Shown here: one piece after another, positions 54,606-64,000 of the stretch
How the letters are laid out: each line of letters begins with the position of its first letter
How positions within the stretch are numbered: the stretch's first letter is position 1
Sequence record: NC_031010.1
Direction: 5' to 3' (one strand)
Length of the DNA: 64,000 bases
Notes under the pieces: model-generated
Told to the model about the DNA's origin: nothing
Seen by the model: the letters and a program-made list of their open reading frames with translations, nothing else
Database searches by the model: none
Made by a program: the position numbers and the translations under genes

Positions 54606-54639
54606 CCCGGTGGACTTCGGTCTGCCGGGCTTTTATTTT
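54606..54639 (+). terminator. Intrinsic terminator
   Basis: CCCGGTGGAC-TTCG-GTCTGCCGGG then CTTTTATTTT. Confidence 0.8.
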
Positions 54640-54651
54640 AAGGAGCGCCTA

Positions 54652-54963
54652 ATGCAGGCTTTCTTATCATTCATCTCCGGTCGTGTTTGGTTGTGGTTAA
54701 ACCGCAACGAGTATTGGATGATTCCGCTTCTACGCAAAGCAGAGCACCCAATTCCTGAGAAGTCAGTGTGGCTTGTGTATTTCACGCTGTGGATTCTTTT
54801 CGTCACCTTGCCGTTCCTCATTGTAGGATGGCTCTTTACACTAACACCCATCGCCGAGATATGTCGGATGGCCCTGTACACAGTCTGGCTGATTTTGATG
54901 GTACCTGTCAGTCGCGCTGTGTTCGACCCGTTTACAGTCTGGCGTCGCACCAGGATTAAGTAA
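54652..54963 (+). CDS. Membrane protein
   Basis: Start reassigned (SD AAGGAG); two TM segments. Confidence 0.7.
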   Translation: MQAFLSFISGRVWLWLNRNEYWMIPLLRKAEHPIPEKSVWLVYFTLWILFVTLPFLIVGWLFTLTPIAEICRMALYTVWLILMVPVSRAVFDPFTVWRRTRIK

Positions 54964-55230
54964 ATGAAAACCCCCACCACGTTAGAACGCGCGGTCGCCC
55001 GTGATTTGTTTCTCGCACTGGCATGTGTACTTGGGCAGTTGGCGTATACGTCAATTGCAGTATTGGTACTGTACCATTACACGAAAGTGGATCTTGATGA
55101 TTTGCTAGCGTGGTGGTTTACCTATTTAGGTATTGGTCTTCCTTTAATCACAGCTTACGTGGTTGACTATGTCACCACACTCGAAGAACGCTCCCACTAC
55201 GGTCGTCGTCTGGGAGACATTAAGCAGTAA
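54964..55230 (+). CDS. Membrane protein
   Basis: Two hydrophobic segments. Confidence 0.65.
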   Translation: MKTPTTLERAVARDLFLALACVLGQLAYTSIAVLVLYHYTKVDLDDLLAWWFTYLGIGLPLITAYVVDYVTTLEERSHYGRRLGDIKQ

Positions 55231-55260
55231 ACCCTCATCTACCTTTAAGGATACATTATC

Positions 55261-56181
55261 ATGTCTTTACCTTTAGTCGTTATCGAGCAACTGGCCCGTA
55301 CCCTGCGTAACCGCGAAACCACCATCGCCCTGCAAGCCATGAACGCCTATACCCGTATCGCACGTCGTGCGCTGCTGGCCGTGGGTCAGTTCACTGCCGT
55401 CGATGCCATGGAAGTCTACACCAGCCGTGTCCATGACGTGCTGCCGCTGCCGTTTGCTGAGCACACCTTCTCTGATGACCACTCGTACGTCAAGTTCGAT
55501 GCGCACCATCTGGTACCCAACGACGGTGAGCGCACCGGTCCGGTTGAGTGGATGATTGTTGCCCGTGGTGACCTCGGCGTGAGCTATGTGCTGGCTGCGC
55601 AAGACCCGCATCTTTTCAATCCGGGTGAGCTGGTTGCGCCAATCGACTTGGCGGCGTACGAACGTGAAACCCCAGTCAAGTACAACAACCTGATTCTGGC
55701 GTCTAACGTTGCCATCTACATCGTTGATAGCTGGGCAGATGCCGCAGTGATTCTGAACGGCCTGTTCAACCCGGTCGGTAACGAATCGTTCACCATTGAC
55801 GTTACGGTGGATATTGCGCCAAAAGAACCAGAGCAGTCCACCGCCGAACTGACGCTGCCGGGCACGCATGTGCATCCAAACGGCGTCTCTATTCTGGGTG
55901 GCGTGCAGAAGAGCAGCGGTGTGACGATTGATCTGCCAGAAGACTTCACCGCAGAGCAACGTGGTCTGGTAATCGAATACGTTGAATCGCTGGCGGCTAA
56001 AACTTCTGCCCCGGCCGATGAGAAAGACGCCGCACTCGATGAACTGGTTAACCGCCTGTACACCCTGTATGGTGCGGACTTCCGTAAACTGCTGGGCCGT
56101 ATCGACGGTAACGTGTCGGATATCAAAATCCGCAAAGCGTTCAAAGACTACTTCATTGCGAAGTGGAACCTGAACAAATAA
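55261..56181 (+). CDS. Hypothetical protein
   Basis: 306-aa ORF with SD AAGGA and strong codon bias. Confidence 0.8.
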   Translation: MSLPLVVIEQLARTLRNRETTIALQAMNAYTRIARRALLAVGQFTAVDAMEVYTSRVHDVLPLPFAEHTFSDDHSYVKFDAHHLVPNDGERTGPVEWMIVARGDLGVSYVLAAQDPHLFNPGELVAPIDLAAYERETPVKYNNLILASNVAIYIVDSWADAAVILNGLFNPVGNESFTIDVTVDIAPKEPEQSTAELTLPGTHVHPNGVSILGGVQKSSGVTIDLPEDFTAEQRGLVIEYVESLAAKTSAPADEKDAALDELVNRLYTLYGADFRKLLGRIDGNVSDIKIRKAFKDYFIAKWNLNK

Positions 56182-56232
56182 AATAAAGGTGACCCACTCC
56201 TTCGGGAGTGGGCACTGCCTTTCTTATTTTTT
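56181..56232. terminator. Bidirectional terminator
   Basis: CCCACTCC-TTCG-GGAGTGGG with flanking A- and T-tracts between convergent genes. Confidence 0.85.
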
Positions 56233-56859
56233 TGCCTCGGGAGCGTTCTCGGCATTCGCAGCAACAATCGCCATCAGGCTATCATTGAGCTTTTGCAGTT
56301 CGGCATTACGGGACAAGGCATTCTCCAGTTGCTCAGACAGCGGAATGGTTTCGCGAATCCGGGCTTTGCGTTCAGCTTCCATACGTACGTGGTCTTCATC
56401 ACTGATAACCCCCTCGTACGCAAGCGTGGTCACACTGGCGGTGACTTGCACACCCAATCCCTTTGCCAACACAGCCACAGCATCGGCATTCATCGCATTG
56501 ATATCCACGTAGTCCGGTACCGGACCACAATCCCACACCAACACATTCCTTACGTAACTGACCCCGGCAGCACCGGGGTAGGTTTCGATGTAGGTATCGG
56601 GGATAAACACCAACTGTCCGTCATTGGACTTAAAGGTGATTATCGAGGCCCCGACTTTGGCATCTTCCAAGTAATCGCTGTTGCTGATTCCCAGCGGGGC
56701 GTAATACTTGGCGTACGGGTCTTCGTTACGGCGCACCACGTCAGCGAAGTTCGAGATGGCATCCACCCGGAACATCACATCTTGCGGTAAACTAAACGGG
56801 GTGTTGACTTTAAAGATACCCTCGGTGTTTACCGGGGGCGTCAAGGGTATACGCGCCAT
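56224..56859 (-). CDS. Hypothetical, possibly virion protein
   Basis: SD GGAGG; C-terminal coiled coil; operonic with the upstream gene. Confidence 0.6.
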   Translation of the reverse strand: MARIPLTPPVNTEGIFKVNTPFSLPQDVMFRVDAISNFADVVRRNEDPYAKYYAPLGISNSDYLEDAKVGASIITFKSNDGQLVFIPDTYIETYPGAAGVSYVRNVLVWDCGPVPDYVDINAMNADAVAVLAKGLGVQVTASVTTLAYEGVISDEDHVRMEAERKARIRETIPLSEQLENALSRNAELQKLNDSLMAIVAANAENAPEAKK

Positions 56860-56869
56860 TTAGCCTCCC

Positions 56870-58252
56870 TTAGCTATTGGTGGGTGCAGCAGGTGTACCC
56901 CACACCGCTTTGCGGGCGACGATACGATACTCCACGTTCTGGTATTCGAATACAAAGAAGTAGAGTGCCGGGTCCGTGTCGTCCACGAGTTTCACCACAT
57001 CCAACGGCGTGTCGTACGGGTGGTATTCTTCGGCCGCAACCAGCGCTTGGAAGAACAGCTTCAGCCACTCCGTTGTGTTCTTCGACACACGAGCAATATC
57101 TGCGTTCTGGGTAGAGATAAGTGCGTAGTCAGGGATGACCTTGTTTAAGGTATCCTTGTCAATCGCATTCTCTGGCCCCGCAATCACTGCACACGACAAT
57201 GACTTATAAATGCTCGGGAAGAATTGCACATCGGTTGTCGGTTTCGGCAACTCGTTGGAATTTTTTTGTGCGACGGTTTGTGCGCCCCACTCACCAAACG
57301 CTGTAACAGCATCCGCAAGAAAATCATATGGGAGGATGGGCGAATACAATGCCGCAATGTCTTCTTCGTTGGGCACTCCTCGGATGGCCCAACCCGGCAC
57401 GAACGTGAACTTGGTCGTGGTGAAGATTTCTGGAAACACTTTCACCCAATCCGACACTGGGTAGTCAGAGTTCTCGAGGATGTACTCTCGCAGTGCCTCT
57501 TTTTGCTTGGTCGGATTTAGCCCCGCACGACCATAGATGAGTAGGGAGATGGGGACCAACAACGTTGCATCGTAGTCCTCACGATCGTGCCATGTATAAT
57601 TATGGGTCACCAGTGCGGTGTACGGGTAGCCGGCCGCACGGGCATTGATGGCATTATGATGGTCGGGTAAGTTAAACGCCTCCATCGCTTTCGCCACCGC
57701 AGATTTGACACCCATGAACACATCCACCGGTGAGATGGGCATTTGGGGATAAATCTCACAACCGGTGTAGTTCTGACTGAAGTCGGCATCGTCGAACCAA
57801 ACGATAATGGTGTTATCCACATCGCTTGGGTCTTCCACCCCCGACGCCGTGACTTCTAATTTCCAGCTGACCCAACGCGGGAACCAGTTCGAACCCGAGG
57901 CAATCATGGAACCCGATTGAACATCGCCAATCGTGGTACTGAATTGACCTAGCAGGAGACGCTGGAATTCAACTTCATCATTTTTGAAGTTACCATTAAT
58001 GGACTGGGTGTAAATCCATTGACTCAAAGTTAAGATGTGGTCTGAAAAGACCGAAGGAACAGTGATCGTTGTTTTGTCACGCTTCGATGTGAAGGAAACC
58101 AACTCCACCTGAAGGCCTGCTTTGGTGAAGTATTGTTTGCTGCGCGCGAAGGAATGTGACAGTTCTGACAGCTCGCCCACGACCGCTGTCTGACCGGGTT
58201 CGTTGTTAATTAGCGCCCCGATTTGGATAAAGCCTTGTATATCTAAACTCAT
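56870..58252 (-). CDS. Probable virion structural protein
   Basis: 460-aa ORF. The function is inferred from size, orientation and composition only. Confidence 0.5.
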   Translation of the reverse strand: MSLDIQGFIQIGALINNEPGQTAVVGELSELSHSFARSKQYFTKAGLQVELVSFTSKRDKTTITVPSVFSDHILTLSQWIYTQSINGNFKNDEVEFQRLLLGQFSTTIGDVQSGSMIASGSNWFPRWVSWKLEVTASGVEDPSDVDNTIIVWFDDADFSQNYTGCEIYPQMPISPVDVFMGVKSAVAKAMEAFNLPDHHNAINARAAGYPYTALVTHNYTWHDREDYDATLLVPISLLIYGRAGLNPTKQKEALREYILENSDYPVSDWVKVFPEIFTTTKFTFVPGWAIRGVPNEEDIAALYSPILPYDFLADAVTAFGEWGAQTVAQKNSNELPKPTTDVQFFPSIYKSLSCAVIAGPENAIDKDTLNKVIPDYALISTQNADIARVSKNTTEWLKLFFQALVAAEEYHPYDTPLDVVKLVDDTDPALYFFVFEYQNVEYRIVARKAVWGTPAAPTNS

Positions 58253-58276
58253 TATAAAAATACCTCGAGGTGAGCA

Positions 58277-58777
58277 ATGTTAGCATCACTGTTAAAATTA
58301 CTTCCAATCTTGCAGTTGCTGATGGAAGTCTTTCGGCCGGGTGACGGTGAGAAGGTTACCCGCACAGCAAAAATTACTTCACTTGCAATGACGTTAATCT
58401 TGGTCTATTCCGGCTTCGTCTCGTACCTGTACTTCCAGCAGTATCATTTACTGGTGCAGGTGCGCGAGCACGATCGCTATATGGCGACCGGATACGACGA
58501 GAAAAAAGGCCTGGCTGACAAGCAGGCCGATGACATAAGAGACCTGTACAGGCAACTGTTTGTCTGCTTGGGCAAGGAGCCATATGATAGTTCGAAGAGT
58601 GCACCTGTAACGATGTCTACCATGCCCCCACCTCCGGTGGTTGCGCCCGAAGTGCCGGTTCACTCAGACCCGGCACCCGTAAAGAAGCGCGAAGCAGCCA
58701 AACGCCCCGTTGGGGTGGCTGAGACCAACATGTTTCGTCAATCCATAATCGACCATCTCAATGGGGAAATAAAATGA
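58277..58777 (+). CDS. Inner-membrane-anchored protein, candidate i-spanin
   Basis: TM segment ITSLAMTLILVYSGFVSYLYF, a helical periplasmic part with one Cys and a Pro-rich linker. Confidence 0.45.
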   Translation: MLASLLKLLPILQLLMEVFRPGDGEKVTRTAKITSLAMTLILVYSGFVSYLYFQQYHLLVQVREHDRYMATGYDEKKGLADKQADDIRDLYRQLFVCLGKEPYDSSKSAPVTMSTMPPPPVVAPEVPVHSDPAPVKKREAAKRPVGVAETNMFRQSIIDHLNGEIK

Positions 58778-59244
58778 AACCTTTCTGTCTGGGGGCACTC
58801 CTGCTGCTGTTGGCAGGCTGTGTCCCTCACGACAAAGGTACCCCGCCGCAACCGCAGCGGGCTTGGCCGACGAGGCAGCTAGACAGCCCACCAGTGGCCG
58901 CGAAATATCCTTTGGGTAACGACGATCAGAAAGCGTTTGAGACATATGTTATCGACGTGAACATCTATGCGTATTATGTCTACACGTACGCACGTAACCT
59001 TAACGAATATGTCGCCGCGCGTGGTTGGCATCCACCTCGGGTCGCACCTTTGTGTGAAGAGTTTGAAACACCGGACCTCCATCCGATTCCAGACCGCATT
59101 ACGCTTGACCGTAACTCACGAACCCCGGAGCAGATTAGTCAGGACATCGCTAATCAGTTTCGTCAGATTCTTGAGAACTACCGGGCAGACCGTAAGGCGT
59201 TTCGGCATAACTTCTCACAGCACGAGCAGACTTGTTTAAACTAA
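58774..59244 (+). CDS. Lipoprotein, candidate o-spanin
   Basis: Lipobox LLAG-C, Pro-rich N-terminus and ATGA overlap with the previous gene. Confidence 0.5.
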   Translation: MKPFCLGALLLLLAGCVPHDKGTPPQPQRAWPTRQLDSPPVAAKYPLGNDDQKAFETYVIDVNIYAYYVYTYARNLNEYVAARGWHPPRVAPLCEEFETPDLHPIPDRITLDRNSRTPEQISQDIANQFRQILENYRADRKAFRHNFSQHEQTCLN

Positions 59245-59248
59245 GCGT

Positions 59249-59290
59249 ATCCTCCACCTCCTTCGGGCGGTGGAGGGTATCTTTTATTTT
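59249..59290 (+). terminator. Intrinsic terminator
   Basis: CCTCCACCTCC-TTCG-GGCGGTGGAGG then CTTTTATTTT. Confidence 0.8.
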
Positions 59291-59334
59291 ACATCATCAA
59301 CATTTCTAATGTATATCCAATGGAGCGCAAAATA

Positions 59335-60033
59335 ATGCAAAACGTAGTTATCCCCTCAATTGTAGTAGGCACAGACGTTGAAACCAAGTCGTTACGACCG
59401 GATGCGTATATCCTGAGTATTGGCTTGGCGGCGTTCGATATCGCAACCCTGCGCCTAATTGGGGCGTCGTATCAGGCCATCGATCCTAACGACGCAGACG
59501 CCGATCGTGTCTTCCATACTGACCCTGCGACTATCGGTTGGTGGGAAGGTAAAGATAATCCGGACTATGCTCCGTCTGAAGCCGCTCGTAAAGAAGCGTT
59601 CTCAGGCACCACGAACATCAAAGATGCACTTTGGACGGCTAAGAAGTTCCTCGACGATTTGGGGAATAAGCCGATCGTATTGGCTATGCGTGGCCCAGAC
59701 TTTGATTCACCAATTTTGATGAACGCCTTCGCCCAGTGCGATGTGCCGCCGGGTAAGTTCCGTAAGTTTTCTATGCTGGACTCTGACCGTACCACAGAAC
59801 GTCTGGCACATGCGTTTGGTCTGCAACCGGATATGGAAGCAGAAGCCCACAACTGGACACGCGGCAAAGACTTCGTCCTGCACCACTCAGGTTTCGATGC
59901 TGCTAAAGAAGGGTATCTGACGGCACGTTTCTATCACCTTGCGCTGGTTGCGCGTACGCATGGTTTCCCGCGCATGCTGGAAGCTCACGAGCAAATGCGT
60001 ACCGGTGAGTACATCCCGACGATGTTCCTGTAA
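59335..60033 (+). CDS. DEDDh 3'-5' exonuclease (Rv2179c-like)
   Basis: TDVET...ILSIG, GPDFD and HHSGFDA; SD GGAG. Confidence 0.85.
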   Translation: MQNVVIPSIVVGTDVETKSLRPDAYILSIGLAAFDIATLRLIGASYQAIDPNDADADRVFHTDPATIGWWEGKDNPDYAPSEAARKEAFSGTTNIKDALWTAKKFLDDLGNKPIVLAMRGPDFDSPILMNAFAQCDVPPGKFRKFSMLDSDRTTERLAHAFGLQPDMEAEAHNWTRGKDFVLHHSGFDAAKEGYLTARFYHLALVARTHGFPRMLEAHEQMRTGEYIPTMFL

Positions 60034-60043
60034 GAGAGGATTA

Positions 60044-61564
60044 ATGAAAGAGTACGACGTCGCCGTGCTATACACGGACGGGAGTCACACCACTGCCCCC
60101 TTAGGTTCGGGGGCGGGTATTCATGGCTACCTGTACAATAAAGCTGATTTTAAATCAGAACGTGGCTATTTCGCCGACGGGGTACCGGAGGCGATTACGC
60201 CAGAAGAGTACCAAATCATTCCGCAGGCGGAGAAATTGCCTGCTATGCCTGAGGGCTTAGTCGAATGGGTTAACTGTACGATTCCTGTACCCAAAGAACA
60301 ATTCTCGGATGTCGGTGAACTGGTGGCCTTTATCTCGGCCTTTGATGGCGCACCGTTTAAGGCAAAGAAATACGTTATTCACGTGGATGCGACCTACGTC
60401 CTGAACTCCTTCAATAAGTGGCTGGAAGGTTGGGCCAGTCGGGGTTGGTTACGGGCTGACGGGACACCGGTTGCGAACCTCAAACTGATGCAGCGTATCT
60501 GGGAGCTCAAACAGGGCTTCAAGAAAGACGGCATCTCCGTTAAGGTCGTGAAGATTAAAGGACACTCTGACCGCTACGGCAACGACCAAGCGGATAAGAT
60601 GGCCCGTCTCGGCTCGACTATGACGGCAACGTTTGAGAATGTGGAGTATCGCCCATTCTGGACAACCGAAGAGATGCCTGCGAAGGAGGAGAAAGAGCAG
60701 GCGGTCGACGTCGGTATCAATCTCTCTTTACTGCCGGCTATCAACACGCAGAAGTTCCACTACGTGCAGGTGAATGAACCTCACCCGATGTGCACCGTGA
60801 ATGGCGAGCAGTGGTATTATCTGTCCTCGGGCAACCATGCCAAAGACAAAGACGACATCGTGCTGCTTGGGAAGATGATTCCCGATGCGATGTTCTCGGT
60901 GACGTTTGCCAAGAAACCGTGGGAGAATCTTTACTTCCTCGCCAATGCCCATGCCAACACCGCGTGGCAGGACACCCCGGCACTGAAGCGGTTTGACCCG
61001 ATTGCGATTATCACCGGTGATTTCCTGAAGCGTAAGAAGTTTCAGGAGGCGTGCAAAGAAGGAATACCGATTGAACGCATGACCTTCTCAGAAGACCGCA
61101 ACGTGTGGTTCTTTGAGGACTTGGCCATCAGTCGTATTCTGCGTCCTGCGCTGCTGTCGTACCGGGCGATTGGTTTTCGTGACGAGCTGGCCCAGATGCT
61201 GAAGTCGGTTATGCAAAAGGAAGCGCACATCGTTTTAAACGACATCACCGATCTTCTCTTTGATGAGAAAGGGAAACCGTCCAAAGAGGTCTACCGTAAC
61301 GTTGATAAGTCGTTTGAGATTCAGGCGAAGATTCCCTTCAACGACACGCAAACCATTCCCATCATCCTGACGCGAGGTATTGACCTACCGCAACGTACTG
61401 ACATTAACCGCATCAAAGAACCCACTGGTCGCTTCTACGTGGCTTGCTGGCGTCCTGAGGAGCGTTACGTGCGTTATGCAGTGATTTATCTCGGGGAAGA
61501 GTATAACGGGTTATGGATAGCCTACTACGCTGCAAACCGCATCCTGCCGACTGACATTAAGTGA
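60044..61564 (+). CDS. rnhA: Ribonuclease HI with long C-terminal extension
   Basis: Start reassigned (SD AGAGGA); YTDGS, GELVAF, VDATYV, W..RGW..ADG.PVAN and KGHS...GNDQADKMA. Confidence 0.88.
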   Translation: MKEYDVAVLYTDGSHTTAPLGSGAGIHGYLYNKADFKSERGYFADGVPEAITPEEYQIIPQAEKLPAMPEGLVEWVNCTIPVPKEQFSDVGELVAFISAFDGAPFKAKKYVIHVDATYVLNSFNKWLEGWASRGWLRADGTPVANLKLMQRIWELKQGFKKDGISVKVVKIKGHSDRYGNDQADKMARLGSTMTATFENVEYRPFWTTEEMPAKEEKEQAVDVGINLSLLPAINTQKFHYVQVNEPHPMCTVNGEQWYYLSSGNHAKDKDDIVLLGKMIPDAMFSVTFAKKPWENLYFLANAHANTAWQDTPALKRFDPIAIITGDFLKRKKFQEACKEGIPIERMTFSEDRNVWFFEDLAISRILRPALLSYRAIGFRDELAQMLKSVMQKEAHIVLNDITDLLFDEKGKPSKEVYRNVDKSFEIQAKIPFNDTQTIPIILTRGIDLPQRTDINRIKEPTGRFYVACWRPEERYVRYAVIYLGEEYNGLWIAYYAANRILPTDIK

Positions 61565-61571
61565 GGTCTTT

Positions 61572-62309
61572 ATGCTGCGTGTTTTTAGTCACGTATTGAC
61601 GCTACACAGCGACAAGTTAGTTGAAGCCTTGGCCGAGTATTACGCGCTGGCGTTTTACCGCTACGGCAAAGCCATGAAGCTTACCCCAACGGAGCAGAAG
61701 GCGATTGAGGAAACCACCACTGCGGCGGCGCGGTGGATGGTAGCCAACGTCCTGCTGGAAGGGATAGCGCTGGCAAACGCCCGGACGCAGCTCTCGCCGT
61801 CATTGAAAAGCTTCGATGTTTATGGTGACGCGATGGCTGATTACTTCACCGACCCCGCGTTAGAGAACCACCTGTCGCCGAGTGTGACCGTGGGTGAGTT
61901 CTTTGCCCGCATCGTTTCTACCCGACCCCTCTCGGCGTTGCTGGAAGGGGCGATGAAATGGTTCGTCGATCAGTTCATGGACGAGGTGTATAACCTGCTG
62001 GGGAAAGACTCCTTCTCGATTGATAAGTACACGGGTATCTACATGACCCGCGACATGCTTATCAAGCAGATGGAAAACCACAAGGTTATCCTGCCGTTCA
62101 TTGAGCCGTTGGAGTGGACGTTCATTGCCATCGTCAAATGTGAAGATGCGCATGAAGCAGTGCTGGGTCTCGACCACGCGTTTGTCGTGCAGGGCGATGC
62201 GTTTATCCTGCCGGAAACTTTCCCCACCATGATTGCCCCCGTGCCGGGTGAGGATGTCGAAGTCTACGAGCTTCTGCCCCGTATCGTTGAGGAGCTGAAA
62301 AAGCTTTAA
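61572..62309 (+). CDS. Hypothetical protein
   Basis: 245-aa ORF with SD GAGG. Confidence 0.75.
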   Translation: MLRVFSHVLTLHSDKLVEALAEYYALAFYRYGKAMKLTPTEQKAIEETTTAAARWMVANVLLEGIALANARTQLSPSLKSFDVYGDAMADYFTDPALENHLSPSVTVGEFFARIVSTRPLSALLEGAMKWFVDQFMDEVYNLLGKDSFSIDKYTGIYMTRDMLIKQMENHKVILPFIEPLEWTFIAIVKCEDAHEAVLGLDHAFVVQGDAFILPETFPTMIAPVPGEDVEVYELLPRIVEELKKL

Positions 62310-62328
62310 GATAGATATTATCTCCGTG
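62309..62328 (+). promoter_or_regulatory. Likely early promoter (copy 4)
   Basis: AGATAGATATTAT-CTCC-GTG. Confidence 0.6.
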
Positions 62329-62349
62329 GTAAATCGTTAGGAGTCATTT

Positions 62350-63069
62350 ATGTTACGTGTGGTTATGCCCGAACTCTTTCAGTTTACAACGCCTACCGCG
62401 ACGAAGCTGTTTGAGAAGATATGGGATCGCTACTGCCCGGAGAAGCTTGCTACTCGACCTGAACTGTGGGTACGCCGAGATGAGTTCTATCTGGGCGCTT
62501 TCCCACTGTTCGTTAAAACGTTTGCAGTGGCCATTACCGGGATGTTGGATGCGGTCAACCTTGGTCGTGATTTTGACATTCACGAGTTGGAATTTAGCTA
62601 CGAGGATATTTATAACGATTATCAGCATGAGGAATTCGACGGTGAGATGGAAGGGGAAGTGTTACTCTTCATGAACTTCGTCGAAGGTGTGATGGGTGAG
62701 AAGGACAAGTTCTTAAACGAGCTGGCGGATAAACTGACAGGGGCGTATCAGAACCTGTTGGCACTGCGCAAGCAACACGACATCGTTGGCTTTTGGCTGG
62801 ATGTCTATTCGATGGACATGCGCATCTGGGAAGACAACCCGTCGGTGTTCGCTATTCAGAACGGGGACTTTGAACCGCAGTGGCATGACCGTTACACCAC
62901 CGGTCCGGGCAGTATGTTCTACGAGCTTTCAAAAGACGACGGTATGGAGTTCTACCTGTGGATGGATTGCATCGTGGCCGAGTCGCCACGCATCACGATT
63001 CCCGAAGGCGAGCCGGTAACGTTGTGTCATTTAACCCATGAGGCCATTGCCTTTATGGAACCCGTCTAA
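62350..63069 (+). CDS. Hypothetical acidic protein
   Basis: 239-aa ORF with SD AGGAG. Confidence 0.75.
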   Translation: MLRVVMPELFQFTTPTATKLFEKIWDRYCPEKLATRPELWVRRDEFYLGAFPLFVKTFAVAITGMLDAVNLGRDFDIHELEFSYEDIYNDYQHEEFDGEMEGEVLLFMNFVEGVMGEKDKFLNELADKLTGAYQNLLALRKQHDIVGFWLDVYSMDMRIWEDNPSVFAIQNGDFEPQWHDRYTTGPGSMFYELSKDDGMEFYLWMDCIVAESPRITIPEGEPVTLCHLTHEAIAFMEPV

Positions 63070-63091
63070 AATAAATCGTAAGGAGTAATAC

Positions 63092-63472
63092 ATGAAACTG
63101 AATGACCTGATTGCAACGATGATCAAAACCAGTCGGAAGAACACCACTGCTGAAGGGGGGTTGATTCTCCTCACGGTTGACCAGAATGCCGAGCCGCTAG
63201 TACGCCTTCAGTTACCGGATGCGCTGGTCGCGGAACCCAACGATCGTGGTCTGCTGCGTACCCTGCGTGAGGACAGTGTGCGTGACCGCACCGATTGGCC
63301 GCGTGTTGTGGTGTGGTGCCATAACCCGCACATCTCCCTTGGTAATGAAGCTGACATTGTGCTTCACGTCTGGAAAGATGGCGACGATGTCAAAGTCCGC
63401 TGCGAGAAGTTCCGCAGCCTGATGGAGCGTCCAAGCGATGTGTGGACACTCGGGGAAGAAGCTACGGCGTAA
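63092..63472 (+). CDS. Hypothetical protein
   Basis: SD AAGGAG. Confidence 0.75.
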   Translation: MKLNDLIATMIKTSRKNTTAEGGLILLTVDQNAEPLVRLQLPDALVAEPNDRGLLRTLREDSVRDRTDWPRVVVWCHNPHISLGNEADIVLHVWKDGDDVKVRCEKFRSLMERPSDVWTLGEEATA

Positions 63473-63484
63473 CCCGACTGAGGA

Positions 63485-63931
63485 GTGGTGATGTTAACCG
63501 TTCAAAGCGAAACACTGATGAACGTGGATAGGCTCGTCCTCCGTAAGTACGATAAAATAATCGCCACCGAGCCCCTTAACTGGACCCGTGTGGCGGTTAA
63601 ATATTTTTTAATGCGTACGGTACTGGGCGATCGGGATATTGCAGGTGAGGAGTTGGTGGCAGCAGTCCGAGAAACCAAAGCCTGCTGGGTGGAAGCCGGC
63701 CTACCTGATATCAGTTGGTTTCGGGTAAACCAGTTCTTGCTTTATCTCGAGCAGTTCTCGCAGCATCCCATCCACGCACTTAACCACGAGCTGCAACGTA
63801 TGCTCGAACAGAATTACGTTGAGATACAATACAGTGCCCACAATCTGGTCTTCAATCAGTATCAGGTTGTTCGCGCAACTGACTTGTTGATGTCCCATGC
63901 ATTATTGGAGCCTTTCAATGCAGCAAGTTAA
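63485..63931 (+). CDS. Hypothetical protein
   Basis: SD GAGGAG; GTG or ATG start. Confidence 0.7.
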   Translation: MVMLTVQSETLMNVDRLVLRKYDKIIATEPLNWTRVAVKYFLMRTVLGDRDIAGEELVAAVRETKACWVEAGLPDISWFRVNQFLLYLEQFSQHPIHALNHELQRMLEQNYVEIQYSAHNLVFNQYQVVRATDLLMSHALLEPFNAAS

Positions 63932-64000
63932 GATGCACATCCTCATGTCGTTGGAATCTTATCTCAAAGGTCTGTCGTTTCATGAGGAGGCCGTGAAAAC

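Noticed and set aside
46228-61564. Inteins or introns in SbcC or RNase H
   Set aside because: No intein terminal motifs, homing endonuclease motifs or frame breaks were seen.
1-64000. tRNA, rRNA, integrase or transposase genes
   Set aside because: None were recognisable by eye, and the intergenic gaps are short and explained by terminators or promoters. tRNAscan-SE was not run.
63933-64000. ORF start at the window end (MHILMSLESYLKG...)
   Set aside because: It is truncated by the window edge and too short to support.

Overview
The window is a 64-kb segment of a phiKZ-related jumbo myophage genome. An Enterobacterales host is likely, inferred from two DUF1471-like genes. Positions 1-12 kb hold a plus-strand array of paralogous virion/baseplate-fibre genes, including a duplicated 3-gene cassette. 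Positions 12-15 kb carry a lipoprotein, a DUF1353 protein, a tiny membrane peptide and a GH108 lysozyme. Positions 15-20.3 kb form the most striking locus, a RiPP-like operon. It encodes three Cys-rich CXXX-repeat peptides with a shared leader, two radical SAM enzymes (one with a SPASM domain), two unknown proteins and a DUF4376-like protein. It sits directly downstream of, and co-oriented with, four paralogous long tail-fibre genes (20.4-34.5 kb). No leader protease or transporter is recognisable, so it may be a system for modifying a virion fibre component; this is an inference. Positions 34.6-38.2 kb contain a probable structural protein, two DUF1471-like proteins and a baseplate central spike. 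Positions 38.4-64 kb are mostly early/accessory and DNA-metabolism genes: four secreted Cys-paired paralogues, a ParB-like protein, SbcC, micro membrane proteins, two GNATs, a DarG-like macrodomain, a secreted lytic transglycosylase, a candidate spanin pair, a DEDD exonuclease and RNase H. A 20-bp intergenic motif (AGATAGATATYAY-N4-GTG) occurs four times as a likely early promoter, and TATG(A) motifs precede structural genes. No tRNA, rRNA, CRISPR array, integrase or transposase was seen. All family calls come from motif recognition by eye; no searches were run.
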